A DNA stretch of 60,013 nucleotides, the filler included. It is 9 parts of 9 records of this genome, joined end to end, with 100 filler letters (N's around TTAATTAATTAA, not from the genome) between each part and the next. Parts side by side here need not be neighbours in the genome. Positions count along the whole stretch, not along the records: positions 8,542 to 13,674 come from SRR31147125_50586; positions 13,775 to 20,747 come from SRR31147125_50601; 7 more parts are not named here. The stretch is one strand, 5' to 3'. This document shows, one piece after another, positions 9,905 through 19,703 of this stretch. Both the position numbers and the translations under genes were made by a program. The first letter of the stretch is position 1; the number at the start of each line of letters is the position of its first letter. The notes beneath the pieces were generated by a model, which did no database searches, was not told the DNA's origin, and saw only the letters and a program-made list of their open reading frames with translations.

Positions 9905-10697
9905 TTATTTTAATGCCATACCTTCGCCTGGCATGTGTGATAAATCCGGACGAATGAATCCACTTTTGCGTTCAAACCTTCGAATCACTGTCCAGGTTTT
10001 TTGCATCAGCGCTTGTCCTTCATTGCCAAATGATTTCATATTTTCCATGGATCTTTTTTGAATATCTATAGCATCCTTACCTGATTGCGCTACTAAAAAA
10101 AGCGGAAAATCTGTGCCTATGTCTCCCATGTAAAGACGGAATCCTTCATTGATATTGTTCTTTTCATAAAGTGCTTTCCACTCTTGAGCGATGTTTTTTG
10201 CTGCCTCTTCTTTTCCAGGATGAATATAGTAAAAGTCCCAATGGCGGAAATTTAAACCCGCCGAGATATCCCGACCATATTCCGGGTTGTGGGAAAGTTG
10301 CTCCTGATAACGTAACATAAAATTACGATGCGTATTATACGTCCCATCAAATTTTTTCATAGCGGCCTGAAATACATCAGCACCAGCCTTTTTTTGTAAC
10401 TCTCCAAAGGCGGATTCAAAAAAAGCAGCGCCGGAATAATCTTTCACAGGTGTGAAATAGAAATAGGTGAAATCCATCGCAGACGCACCTGTGAATGTAG
10501 ATGTCAAATTATGCTCTTTAAAAAGTGCTACAACACCCTTGGCTGCCTTTTCATACTGGCCAACCATGCTGGGTATGACCAAATCCTCATGAACAAAAGG
10601 AGCTGTCCCTTGGATTTTTCGTCCTGTGCCTGTGCTGGTAGAAAAGAAAAAAGCAAAAAATCGTGAAAAGTAATAAAGAAAATAATGTATGTTTCAT
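9905..10697 (-). CDS. Secreted hypothetical protein with two apparent frameshifts
   Basis: RBS AAGGAG and signal peptide MKHTLFSLLL; continues LPAQAQDEKSKGQL then VHEDLVIPSMV in other frames, with shifts at T runs. Confidence 0.7.
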
Positions 10698-11490
10698 GAT
10701 ATTTCTCCTTGAAAAAAATAACATTTTGTGGATAGTAAAGGTCCGGAATAATCGATTTAAAGAATTCGATACCTTTTCTGAAAAGTTCAAATTGCAACAT
10801 TAATTATTTTTCATAAAGGAATTTTGACTGATAATAGAGGCGCAGTATCTTATAGATGAGACAATGTGGCAGAGGAAATGTGTAAGGTGAGGAAAAACAG
10901 AATTGGCCATGTATTCGAAAAATTCAGAAGAAAGCTCAAATGATGTCCAGTGATAGTCAAAAAGCCTGGATCACTTTATCATTTTTACATATTTTAATCC
11001 TCCTGGTATAGATTCTTTTTTTTTAGATTTTATTGTGAAATATAAATGCTGTATGGCCCTTTTAAATCTGCTAAATCGTACCGGATTTTTCTACTATTAA
11101 TACAAATCTTTGATTTTCGAACGGTAAAGTCCTTTAAAAGACTCAGGAAGGGAAAAACAGTCAAATGAGGCATTCTATTCCTTGGTGGAAGAGAAAAACG
11201 TAAATTATGGTGAATTCAATACAATTTAAGTTACATTCCAGTCAAGGATGAGTTCGATAAAAAACGTAGATTGATAATATGACTAAAATCAATTTTTAGT
11301 TCATTTTTTAATGACATGATATTTTCTGAGCGAAACTGGTTTACTTATCGTTTCTACCCGATCCCAATAATCAGAACTGGAAAAATTAATAGAATCCAAA
11401 TCAACTTTATAATATCCCGCCTACTGTTGCTTTGGTTTCAGTATAGTTGAAACTGCTATATTTTCTCAAACGCCTTCCTAAAAAGTGACT

Positions 11491-11665
11491 GATTCCACTT
11501 GATCCAGTTACATAGACATCGACTGAGCTATCAACGGTGGTGGCAGTTGCCTCGTCCGAATTCAGCGGCCCATGATAGCGAGCCACCAACTGATCAACTC
11601 TGAAAATATTGTATTTGATGGTGGCGTAATCATAACATATGTCGGAATTATTAGCTAAATCCAGC
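11491..11665 (-). pseudogene. SBBP beta-propeller repeat relic
   Basis: YDYATIKYN...QLVARYHGPLNSDEA..TVDSSVDVYVTGSSG matches the SBBP repeat pattern; no start and degenerate ends. Confidence 0.8.
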
Positions 11666-11802
11666 TATCTTTTGAAGATTAATCAGATTAGAAGGATTCT
11701 ACCATGGCAGTAATAGAAAATTATTAATTTTACTCTTCAATATAATTAACAAAGACAAAACTCCGACTCCCAATCTTTCCTTATTGTAAGTTTAGTGCAT
11801 AT

Positions 11803-11868
11803 GACCATAGGAATGCATAAATTTAATTAGGTTATTAACTTAAATCAAAAAGGAGCATTCCTATGGTC
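11803..11868 (+). promoter_or_regulatory. Hairpin sequestering the RBS edge and start codon of the first DUF1670 gene
   Basis: Perfect 14-bp IR GACCATAGGAATGC (11803-11816) / GCATTCCTATGGTC (11855-11868), covering ATG 11863 and the last G of AGGAG. Confidence 0.75.
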
Positions 11869-12696
11869 GATGTAAAACATAACTATGGCCTAAAACGGCT
11901 AACCTCAAAGACCGCTCGTAATGCGATCATTCAACGGTTAGCTCAAGATTTCAATCTTACTCCAATCATTGCTGAGGCCTACTATCAGCAATTCGATCAA
12001 TACTATCGTGAACACACCAATATTTCTTTATCAAGCGGCGAGATCGCTTATGAAGCAGTCGCTGCTAATGAACCCGCTGGAAAACATATTCGACTGACTC
12101 GAAAAATTACAGTTCGACTGCGTCTTATCGATCTTAATTCCGATCTTGAAGTACTCGCCAATTATGGCCTCGCAGGACTCAGACGTCACCGCATTGCTCG
12201 ACTCACTCGACAGGCTTATGATCAAAACGCTCTACTCAGCTATGAAGACCTGGCCTTGATTTTAACATCCAGTCCCGGAACTGTGAAAAGGGATATCGCT
12301 CATCTCAGGCACCAAGGCATGTTCATCATAACCCGAGGTATGAAACATGATATGGGGCCAGGCTTGTCTCACAAAACCATCATCATTGATCTTTATCTGA
12401 AAAACTATACCTTTTCCGAAATTGAATTAGAAACCAATCATTCTGAATCTTGTGTCAAACGATATCTTGCTGATTTTATCCAGGTCGCGACACTATATGA
12501 ACAAAATTTTTCATTCAATCAGATTCGCCTCATCGCTAAAAAATCGGACCGTTTGGTTCGCGAATACATTCAACTTTACCAAACCTACAAAAAGCAAAAG
12601 AATCAACACCTCCAACAAATCATGCATCCTGCCGAACCTGGTGAGGATGCTAAAAAAATCCATTCCTTAACGGTTATAAGGAGGTCAGCGTCATGA
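11863..12696 (+). CDS. DUF1670 domain protein (multi-HTH)
   Basis: QAYDQNALLSYEDLA, TRGMKHDMGPGLSHK, HSESCVKRYLADF; RBS AGGAG. Confidence 0.85.
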   Translation: MVDVKHNYGLKRLTSKTARNAIIQRLAQDFNLTPIIAEAYYQQFDQYYREHTNISLSSGEIAYEAVAANEPAGKHIRLTRKITVRLRLIDLNSDLEVLANYGLAGLRRHRIARLTRQAYDQNALLSYEDLALILTSSPGTVKRDIAHLRHQGMFIITRGMKHDMGPGLSHKTIIIDLYLKNYTFSEIELETNHSESCVKRYLADFIQVATLYEQNFSFNQIRLIAKKSDRLVREYIQLYQTYKKQKNQHLQQIMHPAEPGEDAKKIHSLTVIRRSAS

Positions 12697-13580
12697 GCAA
12701 GCCATTGACCAAAGAACAAATTCAGCTTAAAAAAATAAGACGTCTTAAAGATAAAAATATCAAACAATTACTGCTTTATCGCTTCCTCAACCATTATGGC
12801 TATGATAAAGGCCAGATCACCGCTCGTGCTATTATTGACGATATTTTAAAACTCATCGAGGACTATTTTCTCGTTACAACCATCGATACGGATCTGCATC
12901 ACATCCATTACGGACAACTTGTCTATATGGCTGTGGATATTGAGGATTATCCCAAAAGAGGTCAGTGCATCGCATCAACACGGCTCAAACCTGTCGTACT
13001 TTCCTTTATGACTGATGATGATGTCTCTCATATCGCACACGGCTTTCAATCTTCCGCTTTGAGAAAAAAGCGTATTAAACGATGGTGCAATGAAGCATTT
13101 GACCAGGGAGGCTTGCTCTCACAGTTAGACCTGAGCATGCTACTTGGTGTCTGTGATGCCGTCGTAAGCAAATATGTCAATGAAATACAAAAAGAAGGAC
13201 ATCTATTGCCAACCAGAGGCAATATACATGATCTCTCTGGAGCAATCACTCATAAAAGGGAAATTATCACTTTGTATCTCGAAGGGTACTTGACACCTGA
13301 AATTGCTGTCAAAACAAAACACAGCCACGAGTCCGTTGATCGTTACATCAAAGATTACCACCGCGTCGAAATGCTCTGGCAAAACAACATCACCGATCTC
13401 GATCAAATCAGCCAACTTGCACGATTATCTAAGAAAGTCGTGCAGCAGTATATTGATCTCTTGCCTGATAAATATAAAATAAATTCAAAGAACAAAAATA
13501 TTGACTCTGGTGAAAAATCTAATAACTTAAATGTGTCCGGTGAAACGGAGGTGGGCTCTGCTGAGGAGCAACCCGCTTAG
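12693..13580 (+). CDS. DUF1670 domain protein (paralog, translationally coupled)
   Basis: EAFDQGGLLSQLDL, PTRGNIHDLSGAITHK, HSHESVDRYIKDY; ATGA overlap and RBS AAGGAGGT. Confidence 0.85.
   Translation: MSKPLTKEQIQLKKIRRLKDKNIKQLLLYRFLNHYGYDKGQITARAIIDDILKLIEDYFLVTTIDTDLHHIHYGQLVYMAVDIEDYPKRGQCIASTRLKPVVLSFMTDDDVSHIAHGFQSSALRKKRIKRWCNEAFDQGGLLSQLDLSMLLGVCDAVVSKYVNEIQKEGHLLPTRGNIHDLSGAITHKREIITLYLEGYLTPEIAVKTKHSHESVDRYIKDYHRVEMLWQNNITDLDQISQLARLSKKVVQQYIDLLPDKYKINSKNKNIDSGEKSNNLNVSGETEVGSAEEQPA
13501..13528 (+). promoter_or_regulatory. Candidate sigma70 promoter inside the 3' end of the second DUF1670 gene
   Basis: TTGACT-N16-TAACTT; a start about 7 nt downstream falls on the first base of the hairpin (G13535). 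Confidence 0.35.
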
Positions 13581-13651
13581 GGATAACCGGACCGAAAGAA
13601 ATGTTCGGGAGGATAATCTATATTCTCCCGACTTTTATATTTTTTCTTTCG
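13535..13651 (+). ncRNA. Candidate structured ncRNA or element end (two adjacent hairpins)
   Basis: Hairpin 1: GTCCGGT/ACCGGAC, 7x7 purine-rich internal loop, AGGTGGG/CCCGCTT. Hairpin 2: CGAAAGAAA/TTTCTTTCG enclosing TCGGGAGGATA/TATTCTCCCGA plus a T tract. Confidence 0.45.
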
Positions 13652-13674
13652 ATATGCCTTTAAAACCTTTCTTT

Positions 13675-13774
13675 NNNNNNNNNNNNNNNNNNNNNNNNNN
13701 NNNNNNNNNNNNNNNNNNTTAATTAATTAANNNNNNNNNNNNNNNNNNNNNNNNNNNNNNNNNNNNNNNNNNNN
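13675..13774. other. Artificial contig spacer
   Basis: N run with TTAATTAATTAA. Confidence 0.99.
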
Positions 13775-14359
13775 CCCCAATTGCTTGAAAGTTTGATCTT
13801 GGAGGGGAGGGCGTTATTCAAACAAAAGATTCAGCAGGATTTCCCGGATGCCTTTCTCTTCTACGATGTGGATCAATACATCGTGTCTCAAAGTATTTTG
13901 AACAACATCTTTTTTGGTCGCTCCACAACCCATCTCCCTAAAGATCATGAGCGGATCCATAAAAGTGTTGTTCGCCTGCTGGTGGAGGAAGACCTGCTGG
14001 AGACCATCCTCGAGATCGGGTATCAGTTTCAGGTGGGAGCCAAAGGAGATAATCTTTCCGGTGGTCAGAAGCAAAAGCTGGCCATCGCACGGGTGCTGTT
14101 GAAAAATCCGGGCATTCTGATTCTGGACGAAGCCACATCCGCACTGGACAACAACTCCCAGACCCGGATTCAGCAGCTGTTGGAGAAATCATGGCGGGGC
14201 AGATGCACCATCATCTCTGTGGTCCATCGGTTGGACACGATTAAAAACTATGATACCATAGCCGTATTGAAGGCGGGAGAGATCGTTGAAATGGGATCAT
14301 ATGACGAATTAATCCGCAATAAAGGAGTGTTTTATGAGCTCGAATACGGACAAAACTGA
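13775..14359 (+). CDS. ABC transporter ATP-binding protein, C-terminal part (5'-truncated)
   Basis: LSGGQKQKLAIAR, ILILDEATSALD, VHRL. Confidence 0.92.
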   Translation, partial: PQLLESLILEGRALFKQKIQQDFPDAFLFYDVDQYIVSQSILNNIFFGRSTTHLPKDHERIHKSVVRLLVEEDLLETILEIGYQFQVGAKGDNLSGGQKQKLAIARVLLKNPGILILDEATSALDNNSQTRIQQLLEKSWRGRCTIISVVHRLDTIKNYDTIAVLKAGEIVEMGSYDELIRNKGVFYELEYGQN

Positions 14360-14372
14360 TTCGGCAGGGATA

Positions 14373-14918
14373 ATGGCAAAAGACTCAAAAAGAGATCTCA
14401 GTGCTCTGACCGGCTCATCAAGCGGATCCAGCGAATTCCAGGAAAACTTGGATGCGTTGCGAAAGACCCCCTTCTTTTCCGAACTTCCCATGGAGAAGTT
14501 GAAGCTCTGGGCATATCTGACATACCGCAGCCGTTACCGGCCGGGTGAATATCTTTTCAAACAGGGAGATGACGACGGGTGTGCCTTTTATATCATTGAA
14601 GGCAGTGCCGTATTGACCCATACCGACGGCTCCCGTGAACGGGTACTGCGAGACTATCAAAAGGGAACTTTCCTGGGAGGGTTGACGATATTGGGCAACC
14701 AAAGCAGACTTTACTCATTGAAGGCTGTGAAACATGTTCAATGTCTGGTGACGGAGCGGGAGAAGTTCAAACGCCTGTTGGAGCATTTTCCCGATTTGTT
14801 TATCCCCATTATTCAGGGAAATATCGATAAAATATATAATTGGGAGCGCTGTTTTCTCAATCAACATGCCAAAAATTGTGAGGCGTGTGCGCCTTTTCTG
14901 GGAGTTAGTGTGCTGTGA
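14373..14918 (+). CDS. Cyclic nucleotide-binding domain protein
   Basis: LRKTPFFSEL, YRPGEYLFKQGDD, FYIIEGSA, RLYSLKA. Confidence 0.88.
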   Translation: MAKDSKRDLSALTGSSSGSSEFQENLDALRKTPFFSELPMEKLKLWAYLTYRSRYRPGEYLFKQGDDDGCAFYIIEGSAVLTHTDGSRERVLRDYQKGTFLGGLTILGNQSRLYSLKAVKHVQCLVTEREKFKRLLEHFPDLFIPIIQGNIDKIYNWERCFLNQHAKNCEACAPFLGVSVL

Positions 14919-15409
14919 TGTTTTGTAAAACGCCACCTTCAACAAAGTTGAGATTGACACGGGACCTGGATGAGATCGATACGCTTTGGGCGGGTATTGA
15001 GGCGCACCTCAATGGATATTTCGTCGATCCGAGGGAGCGGTTTCAGATCAACCTGGTTGTGGATGAACTGTTCACCAACATTGTCACCCATGCCTTTGAA
15101 GATGATGGGGATTACCCCATCGATGCGACTATTGCAATCGATAAAAGACAGCTTTTTATTGTGCTGGAAGATGGCGGTATTCCTTTCAATCCTTTGGAAT
15201 TTGATTCCCCGGATTTTGAAAAACCACTGTCGGAACGTGCCGAGGGGGGCTTAGGCGTCCATCTATGCAAAATGCTGCTCCCCAAGTTGTCCTACGAGCG
15301 GATTGAAGATAAAAATCGTGTGATCATTAAAAAGAGAGTCAGAAAATACGGACTGATAAGCAAACTGATGGCCGGATTCTGTTGTTATAGGAGGCATAAT
15401 GGTAATTAA
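14918..15409 (+). CDS. Anti-sigma factor Ser/Thr kinase (RsbW/HATPase_c_2)
   Basis: LVVDELFTNIVTHA, DGGIPFNP, GGLGVHL. Confidence 0.92.
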   Translation: MFCKTPPSTKLRLTRDLDEIDTLWAGIEAHLNGYFVDPRERFQINLVVDELFTNIVTHAFEDDGDYPIDATIAIDKRQLFIVLEDGGIPFNPLEFDSPDFEKPLSERAEGGLGVHLCKMLLPKLSYERIEDKNRVIIKKRVRKYGLISKLMAGFCCYRRHNGN

Positions 15410-15737
15410 AGAGAAGATTGACGGCAATATCCATATTTTTGAGCTGATCGGGCGGTTGGACTCCAGAACATCACCGGAATTCGATCGGAAAATTTTTGAA
15501 GCCATGGATGGCGGCAGCACCCGATTTGTCATCGACTTTCAGGCATTGGAATATATCTCCAGCGCCGGATTACGCGTGTTGAATCGTGCCCATAAAAAGC
15601 TGAAACCGTCCGATGGCAAGGTCATGGTCTGTAATATGGTGGACTACATTAAAGAGGTGTTCGAGATTGCCGGATTCGATACCTTCATTCCCATTGCATC
15701 TGATCGGCAATCTGCATTGGATTCGCTTCTTGGCTGA
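15399..15737 (+). CDS. STAS anti-sigma factor antagonist (RsbV-like)
   Basis: GRLDS, LEYISSAGLRVL, EVFEIAGF. Confidence 0.94.
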   Translation: MVIKEKIDGNIHIFELIGRLDSRTSPEFDRKIFEAMDGGSTRFVIDFQALEYISSAGLRVLNRAHKKLKPSDGKVMVCNMVDYIKEVFEIAGFDTFIPIASDRQSALDSLLG

Positions 15738-15810
15738 TTCTCATTTGGAAGCTTATACCAGGAACAACAGCATCAAAAAATTCAATTAGTGTTTTGGATG
15801 ACCAATCTCC

Positions 15811-15850
15811 GCCCCCTGTTGATACGGCAAATATCAACAGGGGGTTTGTT
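15811..15850 (+). terminator. Rho-independent terminator
   Basis: CCCCCTGTTGATA/TATCAACAGGGGG 13-bp stem followed by a T-rich tract. Confidence 0.85.
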
Positions 15851-16064
15851 GTTTTAAGTATCAATGCGTCTACTTCAAAAACCTCTCAGAACAATAATTT
15901 GATTTTTTTTAATTATGCTATACAATCTCTTGAGACTTTTTGTCTGAAAAAAACGATTGAGAAGGTGGATACATTTGTGGTGTAGTGAAAAACTCCCCAA
16001 GTCACTGAGGGTATATTCCGGCTTTGGTGGGGGGCACACTTACAACAATTGGGAGGTTGGAACC

Positions 16065-18799
16065 ATGAAACAAGTTTCTTTTCTTATAAAACAGGCGGTA
16101 ATGGTCCTCTTTGCAATACAGCTTCTGATTTTTCCAAAGATCTGTTTCTCTTCAGAATCAACCTTGCCCTATTGGGAAGAGGCCACCACGGTTTTCGATT
16201 ACGTGGAGAGCCAATTACCCGACTATTTCAATCCATCCGGCATGGAGACCCGGATATTGGGCCCCTATGCGGCCAGATATTATACCGGTTCCGATACCTG
16301 GATCGCCACGGACGGAGAGACGCTTCTGGTATACGGTACCCTGTTTGATGAAATTCCGCCATTGGGTCTCAATATCAAAACCGTTGGATATTTAAGAGAA
16401 TATCTGATTTTAGCCAATGAGACGACATCCCTTTCCGAGGAGGAGGCGTTTGTAGAGGGACTTGAGAATGCGGCAGCCATGGAATCGACGCTTCTTGATT
16501 TGCTCAATAGTGATGTGGTTTGGGAAGATGCTGTCGATGCGCTCATTTTATCTCTGGAAAACAGAGAGGATATGATTGGCGGAGCCATGGATGAAAGTAC
16601 CGGAAATCTGATTCTTTTTTTAAAACCGGCTTAAAATACATGATATCACCGCCTGAGAGTCTTATTCTTGAAGAGGATGCCGAAAGAGCCGTAGGTCAAA
16701 ATGGCACTGAAATCCATTTGAGCCGGGAGCAAGAGCGGTATATTCAACAACTGACGTTTTACAGGGACGGCACCGACGGTTCCTTGGATATCTCTGGATA
16801 TGCCCCCGGTACCCTGACGGATATTCCCGGTGTTGAGATTCCCTCCCTGCCGGAGATACCGGAGGTGGATTTTTCCGATCTGTACAATCTTGACGTCACA
16901 CTTCTCGGACTTCCCCATAAGCTGCCGGGGAATAACCGGGCGCTGCTGGTCAAAGGAAACAGTACCTGCTACGGCGATAACGATGATGTGACCCCTGCGA
17001 TCAAGTCCATGCTGGAAGAAATCGGTTATCAGGTCGACGTGTTGGATGCCGATATGGAGGTGTTCAGCAAATTGCCCGATTACAGTGTTGTATTCCTCGA
17101 TGTATTGGGCGGCTTTGCAACCGGTATCGGAAACGACAAGCTCATTGAGTTTGCCAAAAAAGATTTTGACCTCAATGCCTTGTATGAAGCCTACGGCGTC
17201 AATTCATCAACAGAACTGGAGCAGCACCCCTCAGCCTATTATGGTCTCTTTGATGCGTATGGTCCCTTTTTTCAAACCACTACGCCCGCCACAAAGAAGA
17301 ATATTTTGAAATACAGGGAGGATATTCGAATGAATCGCATTTACATTCGAAATGCCGTCCGACTGGAAAATAACACGCAGATGTTTTCTCTATGCCCTCC
17401 CATGCTGGCCGTATCAAATCCCTATCTTGGAAAAATCACCCATGGCAAGACCTTTCAGGAAGGCGCCGTTTTTGTGTTCAATTTTCGAAATGTGTGGCTC
17501 AATTTTCCTTCCTCACCCTCTCCATACAGCCCTTGGCTGAAGTATTTGAAGGATCGAGGCAATTTCAGACTGTATGGATGGATGCACGAGAGCATGGGGG
17601 AAAAGACCCCGGATCCCGATCCCAAGGCAAAGGAGCGGGCCATTACCAACTTTTTCAGTCTTGCAACCGGAGCAGACTATCTTCTGGAGGGGTTTGACAA
17701 TACACCTAAACTCATGGCACCTTCCCTTCCCAACATGGGCTTCAATCAGGTACACGGTATCATGATCCATAACGCATACAATCTGGATCTCGTCACCGGT
17801 TCATTTTTCTGCGGACCGGGGTTATATTTATCGATAATGCCGGATGAGGATCTGTCGCTGGCACCCATCATCAACAATCTGGGTGTTGACAGAAAAGGGA
17901 TGGCCTACTTGGTCTCCCTTTCGTCGATTTCCCCCTATGACAATGCCCAGCTCTTCTTCATGGATGCGCCGGATGGGGAACAAGATTATTATTTATTGGG
18001 GCCATATAGCGAAAAACTGATCCTGGGTGAGGCGGGTTTCACAATTGGCGGAAACTGGAAATTCAAGCTGCCTTATAATGTAACCGGCAGGTTCCAGCTG
18101 CTGCTTGAAGATGGTCGAAAAAGTCGTCCGGCCACGCTTTTTACGTGGAAGCCCTCCTTTACCATTTCAAAAAAGGGAAGTTATGGGGAGACCATCACCG
18201 CATCGGTTCACCTTCTTTTCCGGTCAATGGTCAATAGGAATGCATTGGGTTCCTTCGGAATGACCGATATTCTGCAAGATATGCTCGGTCATCCCCATAG
18301 TCACTTTATATACGCCAAAGCTGAAGAAGAGGGAAGTTCCGTAACATGGGATGTTAGCGGCAGTAACGGTGCTCTGCAGACCGGCAATGATGGGGATACC
18401 GTCATTGTTGCTGAAGGCGGAGGCAGGTTCACCCCGGAATTTGATATCTACTCCAACAGTTTTTGGCATAACTCCGTATTTACTTTACTTGACGGATTGG
18501 CGGATTCAGACATGAATCTCTCCGATGATTCCAATGAGCTGTCGGACGCTTCATTGACACTCAGCTTTGATCAAAATCCTCTTACCTATACAGTGGCGAT
18601 AAAAGATGCCGGTTCCGGTGAATTGCTGTCGATGGAGAAGGTAGAGTCATATCTGGATGCCCTGGATATTCAAATGGAGCTGGATTACGCCATGCGCATG
18701 CTTGGGGGAAATCATGGTACAGAGGATCAGATACTAGATACATCATGGTTAACATCGTCACCCATGCCGGAATTTAACGAAGAATTCACGCGCCATTGA
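16065..18799 (+). CDS. Large secreted hypothetical protein (two ORFs, probably one gene split at a T7 run)
   Basis: RBS GGAGG and signal peptide MKQVSF; adding one T at 16615-16621 reads ILFFKTGLKYMISPP into 16640..18799. Confidence 0.65.
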
Positions 18800-18888
18800 A
18801 AATCGGATCTGATTTGTTCTGTCACTGATCGGAACATCCGGCAAAACGGTATACTGCCCAACAGGCCTCCTCAATTACCGGGTGTTTT

Positions 18889-19422
18889 TTACAGGTGCTG
18901 GGCACAATTTTCTCTAATCATACCGGTTTCCACGAAAAAGTCATAGTAGCACCCTCGGACCTGGCAGTTATCGGAAATGCGTTGCTGCCAAATTGTAAAA
19001 TCAAAATCCGCAAGGCGCCTGTAGAAAGATTCGAACACCGGGCATCGGGTCTCCAGACAGATGGGGCAGTCACAGTGAATATCGAAAAGGGCGGCGGCAT
19101 GGTGCATCATAAGAAAAAAACAGGTTGCCGACATGTATCTTGGAAATGCCTCTTTGTAAATTTCCGGGTAAAACTTGGATACATTGATGGCATTGGAAAA
19201 CAGATCATGTGAAATGATGAGCTCCGTAGAGATCTCCTGTTGCTTCTCTTTGCTATAGAGGGAATACTCGATACATTGATCCTCTTTTACGTATGAGAGT
19301 GAAAACCGTTCCATAAAAAGTGGAATTTGTCTCTCCATAAATGGGGAGAGATGATGATGGTCGAGGGGGACTTCCAAAATGAGGGGGGCAGCGTGTTCCG
19401 TGGGATGTGATTGCCTGATCAT
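18889..19422 (-). CDS. Hypothetical protein
   Basis: 177-aa ORF with GGAG upstream; no motif recognised. Confidence 0.6.
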   Translation of the reverse strand: MIRQSHPTEHAAPLILEVPLDHHHLSPFMERQIPLFMERFSLSYVKEDQCIEYSLYSKEKQQEISTELIISHDLFSNAINVSKFYPEIYKEAFPRYMSATCFFLMMHHAAALFDIHCDCPICLETRCPVFESFYRRLADFDFTIWQQRISDNCQVRGCYYDFFVETGMIRENCAQHL

Positions 19423-19666
19423 TGCTTATTTCTCCATTATATCCCTGTATGGCAGAGAAAGGTCCACATGAATATCAAAAATGCGGAGAAATCAGAGCAT
19501 ACAAACGATGACTTGAGCGCTGAAAATCTATGGGTGTTTTTTTACGCTTCTCTATACATCAGCAGCACTAAGAAAACAATAACAATGCGCATTTGCTCAT
19601 AGATGGTGAAAGGTGGGAAAAAATGACGGTAGTGGGATAGGACACAATTTCCAATGATAAAATTGG

Positions 19667-19698
19667 AAAGGGCAGACAGTTTGATCTGTCTGCCCTTT
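19667..19698 (-). terminator. Terminator hairpin after ribB
   Basis: AAAGGGCAGACAG/CTGTCTGCCCTTT 13-bp stem directly after the stop. Confidence 0.8.
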
Positions 19699-19703
19699 GG
19701 GGA

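Larger units (their letters stand above)
11790..13651 (+). mobile_element. Putative two-gene DUF1670 element with terminal stem-loops
   Basis: Coupled paralog pair, 5' hairpin over the start codon, 3' double hairpin, adjacent to a disrupted gene. No TIR or TSD seen. Mobility is inferred. Confidence 0.4.

Noticed and set aside
10836-10920. Lysine riboswitch-like AGAGGCGC start
   Set aside because: No AGUA loop-E or GAAAGG/GCCGAA elements, and no downstream gene on that strand.
13549-13592. TPP, SAH or glycine riboswitch (GCTGAGGAGCAACCC resemblance)
   Set aside because: The other conserved aptamer segments are absent.
13541-13597. Hammerhead ribozyme (CTGAGGA and GAAA present)
   Set aside because: Stems I-III cannot be formed around the core and there is no properly placed NUH site.
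13531-13674. 63-aa ORF after the DUF1670 pair
   Set aside because: Overlaps the upstream gene and hairpins, has no RBS and runs into the gap.
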